The notes beneath the pieces were generated by a model, which was not told where the DNA came from, made no database searches, and worked only from the letters and a program-made list of their open reading frames with translations. From Eledone cirrhosa (taxonomy: Eukaryota), in assembly GCA_964016885.1 (NCBI GenBank), contig OZ024750.1, positions 22,754,001 through 22,818,000 of the forward strand: a stretch of 64,000 nt of DNA, given 5' to 3'. Numbering within the stretch: the first letter of the stretch is position 1; every line of letters starts with the position of its first letter. Below are positions 38,701-49,023 of the stretch, piece by piece. The translations under genes were made by a program, and so were the position numbers.

Positions 38701-40237
38701 TCATCTCGTAACTTATCAGCAGCAACTTGAGCTAAAACATCCAAAGACATGTATGAAATGAATCCAGGTAGGGATCCATTTGTCTTCCCTTCAAACTGCT
38801 CTGTATTTTCATCAAAGACCTTCTTTTGTTTACTCTGTTCAAGAGATTCTGCAATGAATACATATATCAGAAATGAATTGAAATGTTCCAGTTTACATCT
38901 CTAAGTTTAGCTGGCTTCTTATGAGATTGTAACTCGTATAAAGTTTCTTTGGTTTATTAATGAGAGTGACCCTAGTTCTATTATGAAATTCAACTTGAAA
39001 TGAAGCATTTTGTTCAAGAACGCAACCTACCACCCAGTCCAGGAATCAAACAGACAATTATATAATCACGAGTCCAACACTAAGCACTGGGCCACATGCC
39101 CTTATATGATTATATTTATAAAACAATCCTTATGCATGCTATTTTAACCCTTTTGATAACAAACTGCCTCCTTTGTGTCTATGATAGTAAGCTATTTATT
39201 TAAAAAGGTTTATATTTAGGCAGTGTTTTTATTTGAAATATGATAACGAAAAGGTATTTATCTAAAAACTTCCCATCATAATTTTGTTTAAGACCCTTTA
39301 AGTAATGATGAGCTTGATAAAGAGAAAGTCAGTTGTATTACTAAATTCTTATAAACTCTTGATTACTTTCAAAATGATTTGTAAATCATTGGCAATTTTT
39401 TTTCTTCTTTTTTTTAGAAATTTGGTAATAAAAGGGTTAATCAGTCATCTTTGGCTATGTGCCTGATGACATAACATGTATTTTACAAATTAATCATTAC
39501 CGATAAAAAAGAAATACTAACTGAAGCAGAAGGTAACAAGATCACTTGCTAAAAATAGTACCCAGATTTTCCTCCAACCACATCTCACTTTCTTAAAATA
39601 TGGCAGGGCACATTGGACAACGTAGTCCTAAATACATTATCATTATTTAGTGTCCACTTTCAGTGTTGGCATGGGTCGGACTAGTTATTTTCAGAAACAG
39701 TTCTCATTCAGAGTTACTGCTCTCCTAGACAGGTTCGGAGAGTCTACATCTTGCTTACATGTTCCTATTTTTGGCATGGTTTCTACAGGTGGATGTCCTT
39801 CTGAACACCAATCATTTTACAGAGTGTACTGGGTGCATTTTATAGTGGTACCACCACTAAAGTTGTCGTACCCCTGACATTGTCTGTTTGATTGTCAACC
39901 ACTTTACAGAGTGTACTGGGTGCATTTTTTCATAGCACCAAAACCATTGTTTAGTTGGGGTCAGTCTTTTACAATGTACCATGTATTTTCTATGCTTAAT
40001 AGACAAGTTGCATGCTAGTTTCTTTGTTGCAAAAAAGGAACAAAATAGACAAGAGTACTTATAGTGTGTATCATCAACATTGTTTTACATACTCGCATGG
40101 GTTATAAGTATATATCCGTGTGATATTGACGTGTACTCAATACTGAACTAGAGTTTAAACATTATTGTGGCTATGTGATGAGTTTTGTTACTCCGGAGTT
40201 TCGTATGTGTACTCACAGGATCATCTGACAAGACTGG

Positions 40238-40269
<32 letters not shown>

Positions 40270-41322
40270 TACCAGTCTTGTCTGATGATCCTGTGAGTAA
40301 ACATTGGAAACTCCAGAGTAACATAACTCCTCACACACACATATATATATATATATGACCAAAGATTAATATGGTTCATTGATTACTCAATGAATATAGT
40401 TTTACAATAGATTAAAAGCACTCTACAGTGAAGTTTTCTGGAGTTATTAATATTATTCAAAATATTAATAAATGAAGACGTTCACATAATCAAAATATAT
40501 GTTTTATTATATATATTTCGGAGGTACTGTGCTGTTTTTTCAGTACGTCCTCGTCAGATAAAATACATGAATTGATGTATGACATACCTCAACTGTCTTG
40601 ATGGTTCAATTCCAGTATCGGCAGTACTGGAATTGAACCACCAAGACCGTTGAGTATGTCATACACCAATTCATGTATTTTATCTGACGAGGACGTACTG
40701 AAAAAAACAGCACAGTACCTCCGAAATATATATAATAAAACATATATTTTGATTATGTGAACGTCTTCATTTATTAATATTTTGAATAATATATATATAT
40801 ATTGAAAATCGGAAAGTCGCAAACGCAGAAAAAATAAGAAAATCAGGCAAAATACCCCTAGAGATGGAAAAAGCTGTCAGCTGCCGATACATACATACAG
40901 ATATATATACATACAAAAATAGAGATTACTAGAATTAATATTTTAAATCATCCAGAGTTGCATAATTCGAACTTTAACCGGAAGTTAATTTCTGCTAAGA
41001 CTTGATAGAATAGGGCTTCACTTTGGCCGACGCTATTATATACGTATGATTAAGTTTGGGGAACAATTTGGATTGAAAATTGAATATTGATCATAGACAA
41101 AATAATTAACTAAATGGCAGAAATATTAAGAATGTGGATGTTTACTGAACGATGAGTTACTAATTTGTCAATTTCGACAGACATCAAACACAAACAAAGG
41201 CTAAGTGTAGAATAGCGTCGTTATTAATGAAATCTATTAAGTCAAGTCACAACCGAACAAACGTCCAGAAAACGTCGCGTTATGTATAAAAAAAACGAAA
41301 ATAAGTATTTAATTCTATTCGT

Positions 41323-41355
<33 letters not shown>

Positions 41356-41494
41356 TAATGATAAGTTAACTTGGAAAGTTCCACCGATGTTATTGATTAC
41401 AAACATCTATATATGTGCGTGTGTGGAGGAGTCTTTAATGCAATACGTGTTTAAAGTTTATTACACAAACCCATAAAATAGCCATGTGTGTGTT

Positions 41495-41525
<31 letters not shown>

Positions 41526-42708
41526 GTGTGCTTGTTACATGGGTTTATGTCATAAACACAGAAAACATGCATTGTATATATGCCAGTTTTCTAAAAAAAA
41601 AAATGTTTCTACACTCTACCTACCAGTATTAAATCATTTAATATTTGAACGTTTTAATTCTTCTCTATCTTAAACGCATATTCTAATTTTATATATATAT
41701 ATATAAATTTGTGCTAGAATCCTAAATTTAGTGTGTTTATTACGCAAACCCATAAAATAAGGTATATATATATATATTATATATATATATATATATTATA
41801 TATATATATATATATTATATATATATAGGATAGTATATTTACAACATTGCTGCGGATATTCTATGCAACACAGTATCTGAAAGCGTCTGTTATATTGGAC
41901 GACGCTATTATAAACATATGCCCCGAACGTATGTTTACGAGTTTAAAATATTTAAGAGTTAAAATAGTAAACAACTTTAATAGTATCATTTAAAAATATG
42001 TCTGTAGAGAACAGTTTTAATATCTGAAATGATACTAAAATTATTGAAAGATAAGAAAACTGAACTACACGTGGCTGTTGTTTGTGCCACAAAAATATAG
42101 TATTTGGCAGTGGAAAACTTAGATAAACATCTTTTTTAAAATCCCATAGCATTCATATTTCATTATTTTATTCTAGAATAACTGACCATATGTGTCAGTT
42201 GATAGGGACAAACAACGGAGTGGAGATGACAAATCATGTAGCTGGAAGTAAAAAAAAAAACGTCGTGAAAGTCTGCTCGTGTGTGAACAACGACCAAACA
42301 ACATGTTGACGACGCCATCTTAGATCGTCTGTCATGCCGGAGAGAAGACTTTCTGCCGCCTTTTACTGACGATCAAACTTTTATGCTTACAAGTATATAA
42401 AAGTGATTTCTACAAATTAGAAAGCTTCCACAATTATAAACAGTTATATATTTAAGTGAAACAGTGCAGGTTGTGTGATGTAGTCACTACAGTAAGGTTT
42501 TGTAATAGTTGTTTGTGCGTGTGTGTATCGCTAGCAGCCGACATCTCCACTGTCCCATGTCATCGAGACAAGATCCAGCATACAAACAATTACAACTCAT
42601 TTTAATCTCACAATAAAACAGAAAAGAAATTTTTACATCTTTACCTTTAACTTTAGCGACAATTTTAGACTTTTTCGATGCGTTTTCCCTACGTTTTGCT
42701 GTCGCCAT
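27339..42708 (-). CDS. C2H2 zinc-finger transcription factor, about 729 aa, 9 coding exons (four C-terminal fingers plus one atypical N-terminal finger)
   Basis: Minus-strand exons with consistent phases: 42708-42645 (first exon less certain), 38848-38667, 36987-36732, 36186-36118, 33167-32409, 30409-30243, 29727-29592, 28470-28325, 27749-27339. Fingers: CQICDDKTFTAAATLMYHYRSH, CLLCNTTFTRQHSLNYHMLIH, CKDCGRKFRHPSHFKEHLRRH, CSDCLQKFKTRNTYKRHLKTRH. Linkers AGIKPF and TGETPF. Confidence 0.88.
31580..31908. mobile_element. Fold-back MITE with long terminal inverted repeats
   Basis: CAAACTTTATGAATTAT...ATAATTCATAAGGTTTG with imperfect arms over 100 bp. Partial direct copy at 31320-31520. Confidence 0.6.
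34462..35310 (-). mobile_element. RTE-clade LINE fragment (reverse transcriptase and C-terminus, disrupted)
   Basis: IHQGSVLSPLLFIIV...LLYSDD (RT motifs) and RLHWYEHVMHMKDD...GRLRKTW. Confidence 0.9.
35398..35700 (+). mobile_element. tRNA-derived SINE
   Basis: A-box-like TAGTGGTTAGAGC, B-box GAGTTCAATTC, body shared with 940-1280, (TGAA)n tail. Confidence 0.75.
37630..37916 (+). mobile_element. RTE-clade LINE 3' fragment
   Basis: RRLRWYGHVMHMKDDSCIKKC...GRPRKTW. Confidence 0.85.
40278..40324 (+). ncRNA. Degenerate type I hammerhead motif (inverted partner at about 40184-40231 on -)
   Basis: TTGT CTGATGA...GAAAC TCCAGA GTA ACA. The partner reads TTGT CAGATGA...GAAAC TCCGGA GTA ACAA, with a palindromic stem III and GUA triplet. 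Stem II is damaged in both. Confidence 0.45.
40502..40563 (-). ncRNA. Type I hammerhead ribozyme motif (inverted copy, sense to the zinc-finger pre-mRNA)
   Basis: Reverse complement reads TTTTAT CTGACGA GGACGTACTG AAAAAACAGCA CAGTACCTCC GAAA TATATATA ATAAAA. All core nucleotides are intact. Confidence 0.75.
40678..40740 (+). ncRNA. Type I (minimal) hammerhead ribozyme motif
   Basis: Stem I TTTTAT/ATAAAA; core CTGACGA (40684-40690); stem II GGAcGTACTG...CAGTACcTCC; GAAA (40723-40726); palindromic short stem III ATATATAT; cleavage triplet AUA at 40732-40734. Confidence 0.75.
42313..42321 (-). promoter_or_regulatory. YY1-type motif AAGATGGCG in the CpG-enriched 5' region of the zinc-finger gene
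   Basis: CGCCATCTT on +. ETS-like CCGGAAGT sites lie nearby (40978, 43501, 43764). Confidence 0.4.
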
Positions 42709-43024
42709 CTCCGCATACATATACGTATAACGTTGGCAAAAGTGAAAGCTTTTGTGTCAAGCTTTAGCAGAACAAAGCTTCCGGTTGAAGTGAAAGCGTT
42801 CCTTTTATTAAATAAGTGATTTTGCATGCATAGATTTATTAAATTATACGTTATAATGGCTAAAATTAAAATTAATGTTCTATTATTTTCATTAATAAAC
42901 AAAGCAATGACGACATTCTTTTTATTATTTTTTTGTATGACTGAAGCTATTAAAAAAACAATTACAACTCAACTTAAATTTCATTTCAAATAAAAACTGA
43001 AAAAAAAACTTTTATATCTTTTAC

Positions 43025-43088
43025 CTTTAACTCTGGCGACAATTTTAGACTTTTTCGACATTTTTTCTCTACGTTTTGCTGTCGCCAT
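43025..43088 (-). CDS. Duplicate (alternative) first coding exon of the zinc-finger gene, MATAKRREKMSKKSKIVARVK
   Basis: 64-nt copy of exon 42708-42645 with intact ATG, open frame and a GT donor in the same phase. The adjacent intron sequence is also duplicated. Confidence 0.5.
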
Positions 43089-44782
43089 ATTCGCTTCTTC
43101 TTTCTATTGTCTTTCTCTCTTACGACTCCTTCTCTCACAATTCTTTACCTTTCTATCTAACCATCTCTTTTTCCTCGCTCATCTCTCTTCCCTCTCTCAC
43201 AACTCTTTACCTCTGTCTTGTCATCGCTTTTTTCCTCCCTTATCAATCACTCTGTCTTTCTCTTTCTATGTTGTCACTGCTTTATTCGCTTCACTTCTAT
43301 TTATTTCTCAGTCTACCATGTTCTTTCTATTATCTTTGTTTATAAATAAAGAAGTCTATCTTTATGTTTATAATATATATCTCCACTAAAGCAATCTTTC
43401 TAGAAACCTATTATTCTTTATTATGACTTTCTAGTTATCGTATTGATTGTGACTTTCTAGTCCTTATATCTATTGGTAATACTTCGTTTTAAAATCATAC
43501 AACTTCCGGCAATTTCCGTGACTGAAAAAAATTGCCATTAAAAAAATTATAAATATAATCGTAATCTCTGCAAAATATACATTAATAAAGTTATGAAGAA
43601 ACTAAGACAGATTGGGGCACTTTACTGTAGTTATGTCGCCTTATGTTTCTTCATAACTTTCCTAATAATGCATATTTTTTTAGATACATTTTCGAAGGTG
43701 AACATTACGATTATGTTTATGAAATTATATATATAAAAAAAAAAATTCCATTCACGAAAATTACCGGAAGTTGTCTGTGATTCTAAAACGAAAAAATTCC
43801 CGTATCTTTTTTTTATCTGTCTACACATATTAGTTTGTCTACATTAACCCATCACTCCATCCGTCTTTCTCTCTAGCTCCAGCTTAGAATTGACTGATGG
43901 CAGACACATTCTCCTTCCTCGTTTATGTTTTCTATTTACCCCTCCCCTTCTCTATCTTTTTTTTTACATTCCTCCTTCCTCCCGCTCCTTCTCTCTTTCT
44001 AAATTTGCACATCTCTACATTTGTACACGCGCGCGCATACACATAGACACATGCACGTGCACATACGCTCGATTTTAAACGAACTTTATCCAAACTAATT
44101 GTTTTTCTGTGTCGCAGTTCATTCTTTTTAAAGCTAATTTAATATATACACCAGCAATTAAAATTATATCTCCAATTTACACTCACCATTCAAATATACT
44201 CTGATGTTTGAACATGAATATTCATTATTTATTTAATTTGACGCATAGAGTTACGGTATTTGCCATTCTGAGTTCAAATCCCGCCGAGGTTAACTTTGCC
44301 TTTCATCCTTACGGGGTCGATAAAATAAAGTACCAGTAATGCACTGGGTAATTGCTGGCCTTGTGCCAAGAGTAGAAACAATTATTTATTCAATTAATTT
44401 TTACTTATACCTTGCTCATTATCTCCTCGGATTCCGGAGTTAGCTCTAATCATGCTTACATACCTACTACGAAATTATCTTACTTTGTACTGCTTATGGC
44501 GGTTCAGACGTATGGCTTTGTGGTTAGCATGTTGGGCACATAACCCTAAGGTTATGAGTTCGGTTTCCAATCTGGGTGGCACATTTTTTTTTTTTCGTTT
44601 TAGTATAATTTTTAATGATTTATTTATTTATACGCTAATCATAGATGTAGAAATGACATTACGTTCTTGTAGAACATATATAGCCATTCTTCTGAGAAAT
44701 TTTACATTTAGTCGATTATAAACACAAATCGGAACTAATGACAAACAGAATTCTACAATAAAAACATTATTGAAAAGAATTC

Positions 44783-44945
44783 ATCGGGCGCCATGCTTTC
44801 CAGCATAGTTACGTCCCTTTACGATCTGAGTTCAAATCCCGCCGAGGTTGACTTTGCCTTTCATCCTTACGGGGTCGATAAAATAAAGTACCAGTAATGC
44901 ACTGGGTAATTGCTGGCCTTGTGCCTAAAGTAGAAACAATTATTG
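44783..44945 (+). mobile_element. SINE (second family) with core GCCTTTCATCCTTACGGGGTCGATAAAATAAAGTACCAG
   Basis: B-box GAGTTCAAATCCC; 3' end AGTAGAAACAATTATT. Near-identical copies at about 1760-1940, 44240-44386, 58075-58246, 58425-58608. Confidence 0.75.
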
Positions 44946-45689
44946 AAAAGAATTCAATTTTCATGAAAATAATCGTAATCACACGTGCGTGCGTGTCTTT
45001 TATGTCAACTGGACGATATCAAATGTACAGTGCTCAGGTGCACTACATCTTTATTATAACAAGGTAATATAACATACGCATATACACATAACACAATTCT
45101 GTGTAATATTTCCGCTTGTCGAAATCTTATGGCATCGTGTCGCGCCGTTTAAACGGATTCGAATAATGGCCAAAGGGAAAGAATTCAAGCAGACACAAGC
45201 TGTATGTTACAATATTTACTTCCCTTTGATTATTAAATGATTTTATTGTAACGAAATAAACGATGTACCATACGTGAAATTACATAATAGAAAAGTTCAC
45301 ATTTTCTCAAACAAATATGCTGATAATATATCTAATTTTAAATTATGCAAATGCAAATGCCATAGCTATCGAAATTCAACACATGAAATAAAATATAAAG
45401 ACAACTGTATCGATTGGTCACACACCATAAAGAGTACAGGAGCCTCCCTCTAATACTTTTTTAGGCAAGCAAGCCAACACGCTCGGCATTCCCGCAGGTG
45501 ATAGCGAGGAACAACGCACTGGACAACTAAGCACCCTCACGGGCATCACCTGATACCTCGGTAAGGCAAGCCGCCAAACGTCTCGAACGTCACAGACTAG
45601 AAAAAAGATTGTTGATAATTTCCGATATTTTAGAATTTTATTCCGTTCAGCTACAGAATTAGTGACCCTCATATTCACTGCGGCATCCA

Positions 45690-46040
45690 GGATTGTGGTG
45701 TCCCAAATGAGACATCTACCTCATACCCAGGGATAAAGGGTAAGACCATCTGGTCTCTTCGCATCAATTCTGGACAATTCAGCCGGCTCTAGAATTGAGT
45801 GAATATTTAGCCGAGCCAGAGACCGCTTAATAATTACGTTTATCTCGGCATGGGGAGCGAAACAACCAGTATTCAGGCAGCACGACAAAGCCGTGGAGTT
45901 GAGGAGCTTACCTAAGCGACATTTCAGTCCCTCACAATCATCGGCTTCCACTTCAGGTGCTATGGAGATGCGGAGTTGATCCAGATTGAGTAAGCCACCA
46001 ATGTTAGCTACGGGCAGAGCATCAACCTAAACTCCCAAAA
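45690..46040 (-). mobile_element. Non-LTR retrotransposon fragment with restriction-like endonuclease (CRE/R2-like group)
   Basis: HAEINVIIKRSL...ILEPAELSRIDAKRPDGLTLYPW followed by LIWDTT, the PD-(D/E)xK RLE signature. Confidence 0.7.
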
Positions 46041-47909
46041 TTTTGCTCTCGCAGAAAGTAGGCGTCATCTTGAGAATTGATCAGATTGATCAAAGAGGGT
46101 TGAAGGTGTCTCTCGAACACAGATTGTCCCAAACTCTCTGCTTCAGTCTATCCTCTCCTGTATTACGAACTGACAAACCTAGCTCTCTTTACTGTAGTAG
46201 AGCTTCATCTATCTCGCTGTTAGTCCATGTAAAATTGATCTGATTTAACAAACTTTTTCCAGTGATTCCTTCTTCACTGTTGTTAATATTATCTCATTGG
46301 ATCCTCTGCTTATATAGATATGATACTTGTTGCTAATCTCCTCGGTGATTATTCAGTGCCATACTGACTCGAATAGTTATGTAGTGTTGTGAAGATTTTT
46401 TTTTATTTTTGGAGGTTTTGGTCATTTTATCGATATCTTTTTTGACAAACCTTTAATATTAGTGACATAAACACAGACACTGACAAAAAAACAACAACAA
46501 CAAAAAACGGGCGTACACCATCCCCACGCACACACATATACGATGGATTTCTGCCAACAAATTCACTTAGGGCAATGCTGTAAGCGTGCTGGTCTGCCTC
46601 AAATATTAGAGGGAAACACAGGCGCCCCCTGTAGTGGGTAACCGATTGACACACTTAGTGTTGGATTAATATTTTCTTTAGGTTTTGATTTTATATTTTT
46701 ATGTAAAATATATATATTTATTTAAGTATTGTATATAATCTTTCAGTTCATTAAAAGAAATTAATTTATTCATTTTCTACTCACAAAGCCCCAACACGGT
46801 CGCAGCCAAATGATTGAAACCAGTAGAAAAATAACTATTCGAGTCAGCATGGTCCTGGTCCGAGGAGATTAGCAACGAGTATCATATCTGTATAAACAGA
46901 GGGACCATAGAAGTGTAAAAAAATGGGACAATATTAACAGTTAAGAAGGAATCACTTGAAAAAGTTTGTTAAATCAGATCAAATTCACACGGACTAGTTC
47001 TAACAGGGAGATGGATGAAGCTCTACTACAGTAAAGGGACATAGGTTTGTCAGTTCCTGATACAGAAGAAGATACCTGAGGCAGAGAGTTTGGGACAATC
47101 TGTGTTCAAGAGTCGCCTTCAAAACGAGAGTTTAGTAGAATAGATTTGCTCAAAGACGACGTGGTTGCGAAGCGAACTCATTAAAAATACAGCCATGCCT
47201 ACGTTTATTTATTTATACATTTTATTTAATAACCCATGTTAAATATATACTCCCAAAATTACCCGTCAATAGGATACGTCTCACTCGCAAATTTAATGAA
47301 TAAATATATAATATAAATCAAGGGAGGTAATTATATATAAAAATAAAAATCAGAAATAAAAGAAAAGAGAGATAATCAACTTAGTAACTAACAAATAAGT
47401 TATGTAAAGTTGTCACTATTTATTTCACACCTTGGCAACACGTTTGCGTTACATAAAAATGTCTACGTATTTATATTGAAATGAAAAACAAATGAAATGT
47501 CTACGCCACCGTATCATAATATCCCTATATTATTGACACAGAATTCTGTTTTTATGTAGAAATAATCATCGTATCTCAATCGTAAGTATTTTATTCACAT
47601 TGGCTTTAAATCTCCTTGGAAACATGTTTCCGATCATGGAACTTTCATATCCATATAATACATATTTTCAGTCACCTGACACACTTGCTTCATAACACTT
47701 TTGTGTGTCTTTTACACTCTTTCTTACAACAATTTTCTCTCTTCTAGTGAAAACCCCCGAAACTAGAGTAGCAACAGAGTAATTTCAGTAATATAGTATA
47801 TATATATACATATATATATATGTAAAAAAATCCGTAGGTGTGAAATAAGGAAAAAGGAAAACTGCTCAATCTGGAAAAAAAGCTGATATATTATCTATAA
47901 TCATACATA

Positions 47910-47967
47910 AAGCGGTACCTAAAGTTTCAAGGCCCAATCAAAAGTGTGACCTAATCTTCAGACGCTT
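47910..47967 (-). ncRNA. Type I hammerhead ribozyme-like motif
   Basis: Minus strand: AAGCGt CTGAAGA ttAGGTC...GGCCTt GAAAC TTTAG GTA cCGCTT. Core present, GUA triplet, mismatches next to the junction. Confidence 0.45.
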
Positions 47968-49023
47968 AAACTCGTATAAATTATATATATATATATGTGC
48001 GTGTGTGTGTGTGTTTGAGAACGAAATGAGACGTATTATCTGTGGACTGTTCTTTCACAGGCTTTCCGATTCAAAAGCTATTTAAGATCTCATGCCAGGA
48101 AGGAACAGACATAAAGTGCAAGAAGTGGTCAAGCTTTGTATGGAACAAACGACCTTTATATATATATATATACACACACATAGGTGCTTCTCCGAAATAG
48201 TCCCCTCGTGATAAATTAATATAAATAAAATTATACGAACTAATTTATTCCATGTTGCATTCAGGTTTGATATAAATCAATCACTTTCCTGTAATTAATC
48301 GACTCCGTGTTAAAAGAGAGAGAGAGGGGGGGGGGGGGGGGTCTTGGACTTTACAGTCCGAAATAGAAAAGTTTCAAAACAATTAGTTAATAATTTACAG
48401 TAGAATAACATAACAAATATGTTTTAAGTATATACATAAATAACATTACAAATGTTTAAATAACATTATACCAGTAATGCACTCTGTAATTGGTGGCCTT
48501 GTGCCTAAAGTAGAAACAATTATTTAAGCACTTGTAATGTTATTTATGTATATATTTAAAACATATTTGTTATGTTATTCTTCTGTAAATTTATTTATAT
48601 GCTTTGTATATATGTGTTTATATTTTCACTCCCATTTGTAACGTTATTTAATATATAACTATTGTTTATATTTTCATTCTAATACATATTAATTAATATT
48701 ACATTAGTTAATCCGATTCGATTTGTGCGCGAGGTGCAAGTGAATGCAACAATATTCAATAAGATTTAATACAATTTATGATGAGTATTATTGGTTAGGG
48801 TTAGAGAACACCATATTGATATTGTTTATAATTATTATTGATATTTTATATCATTAATTTATTTCATGTTTCTATAAAAATATCATTTTTAGTTTTAATC
48901 TTTATTTTATGTTTATTTTGTTCTTATTAACATCATGTTTCATTGTTAGTAAATTTGTTAAAGATGGTAGTGTGATCTGTGAGTAATTTTCCTTCTGTAA
49001 TTCTGTTTAATTTCTCTGAAAAG

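Larger units (their letters stand above)
40450..40792. repeat. Near-perfect palindrome, about 168-bp arms, 7-nt loop
   Basis: Arms 40450-40617 and 40625-40792 are reverse complements with only a handful of differences. Confidence 0.95.

Noticed and set aside
40092-40624. Two small candidate minus-strand exons (about 40624-40588 and 40141-40092) that could splice in frame to exon 38848
   Set aside because: One lies across the palindrome centre, no matching upstream phase-2 donor was found, and exon 42708-42645 already fits directly.
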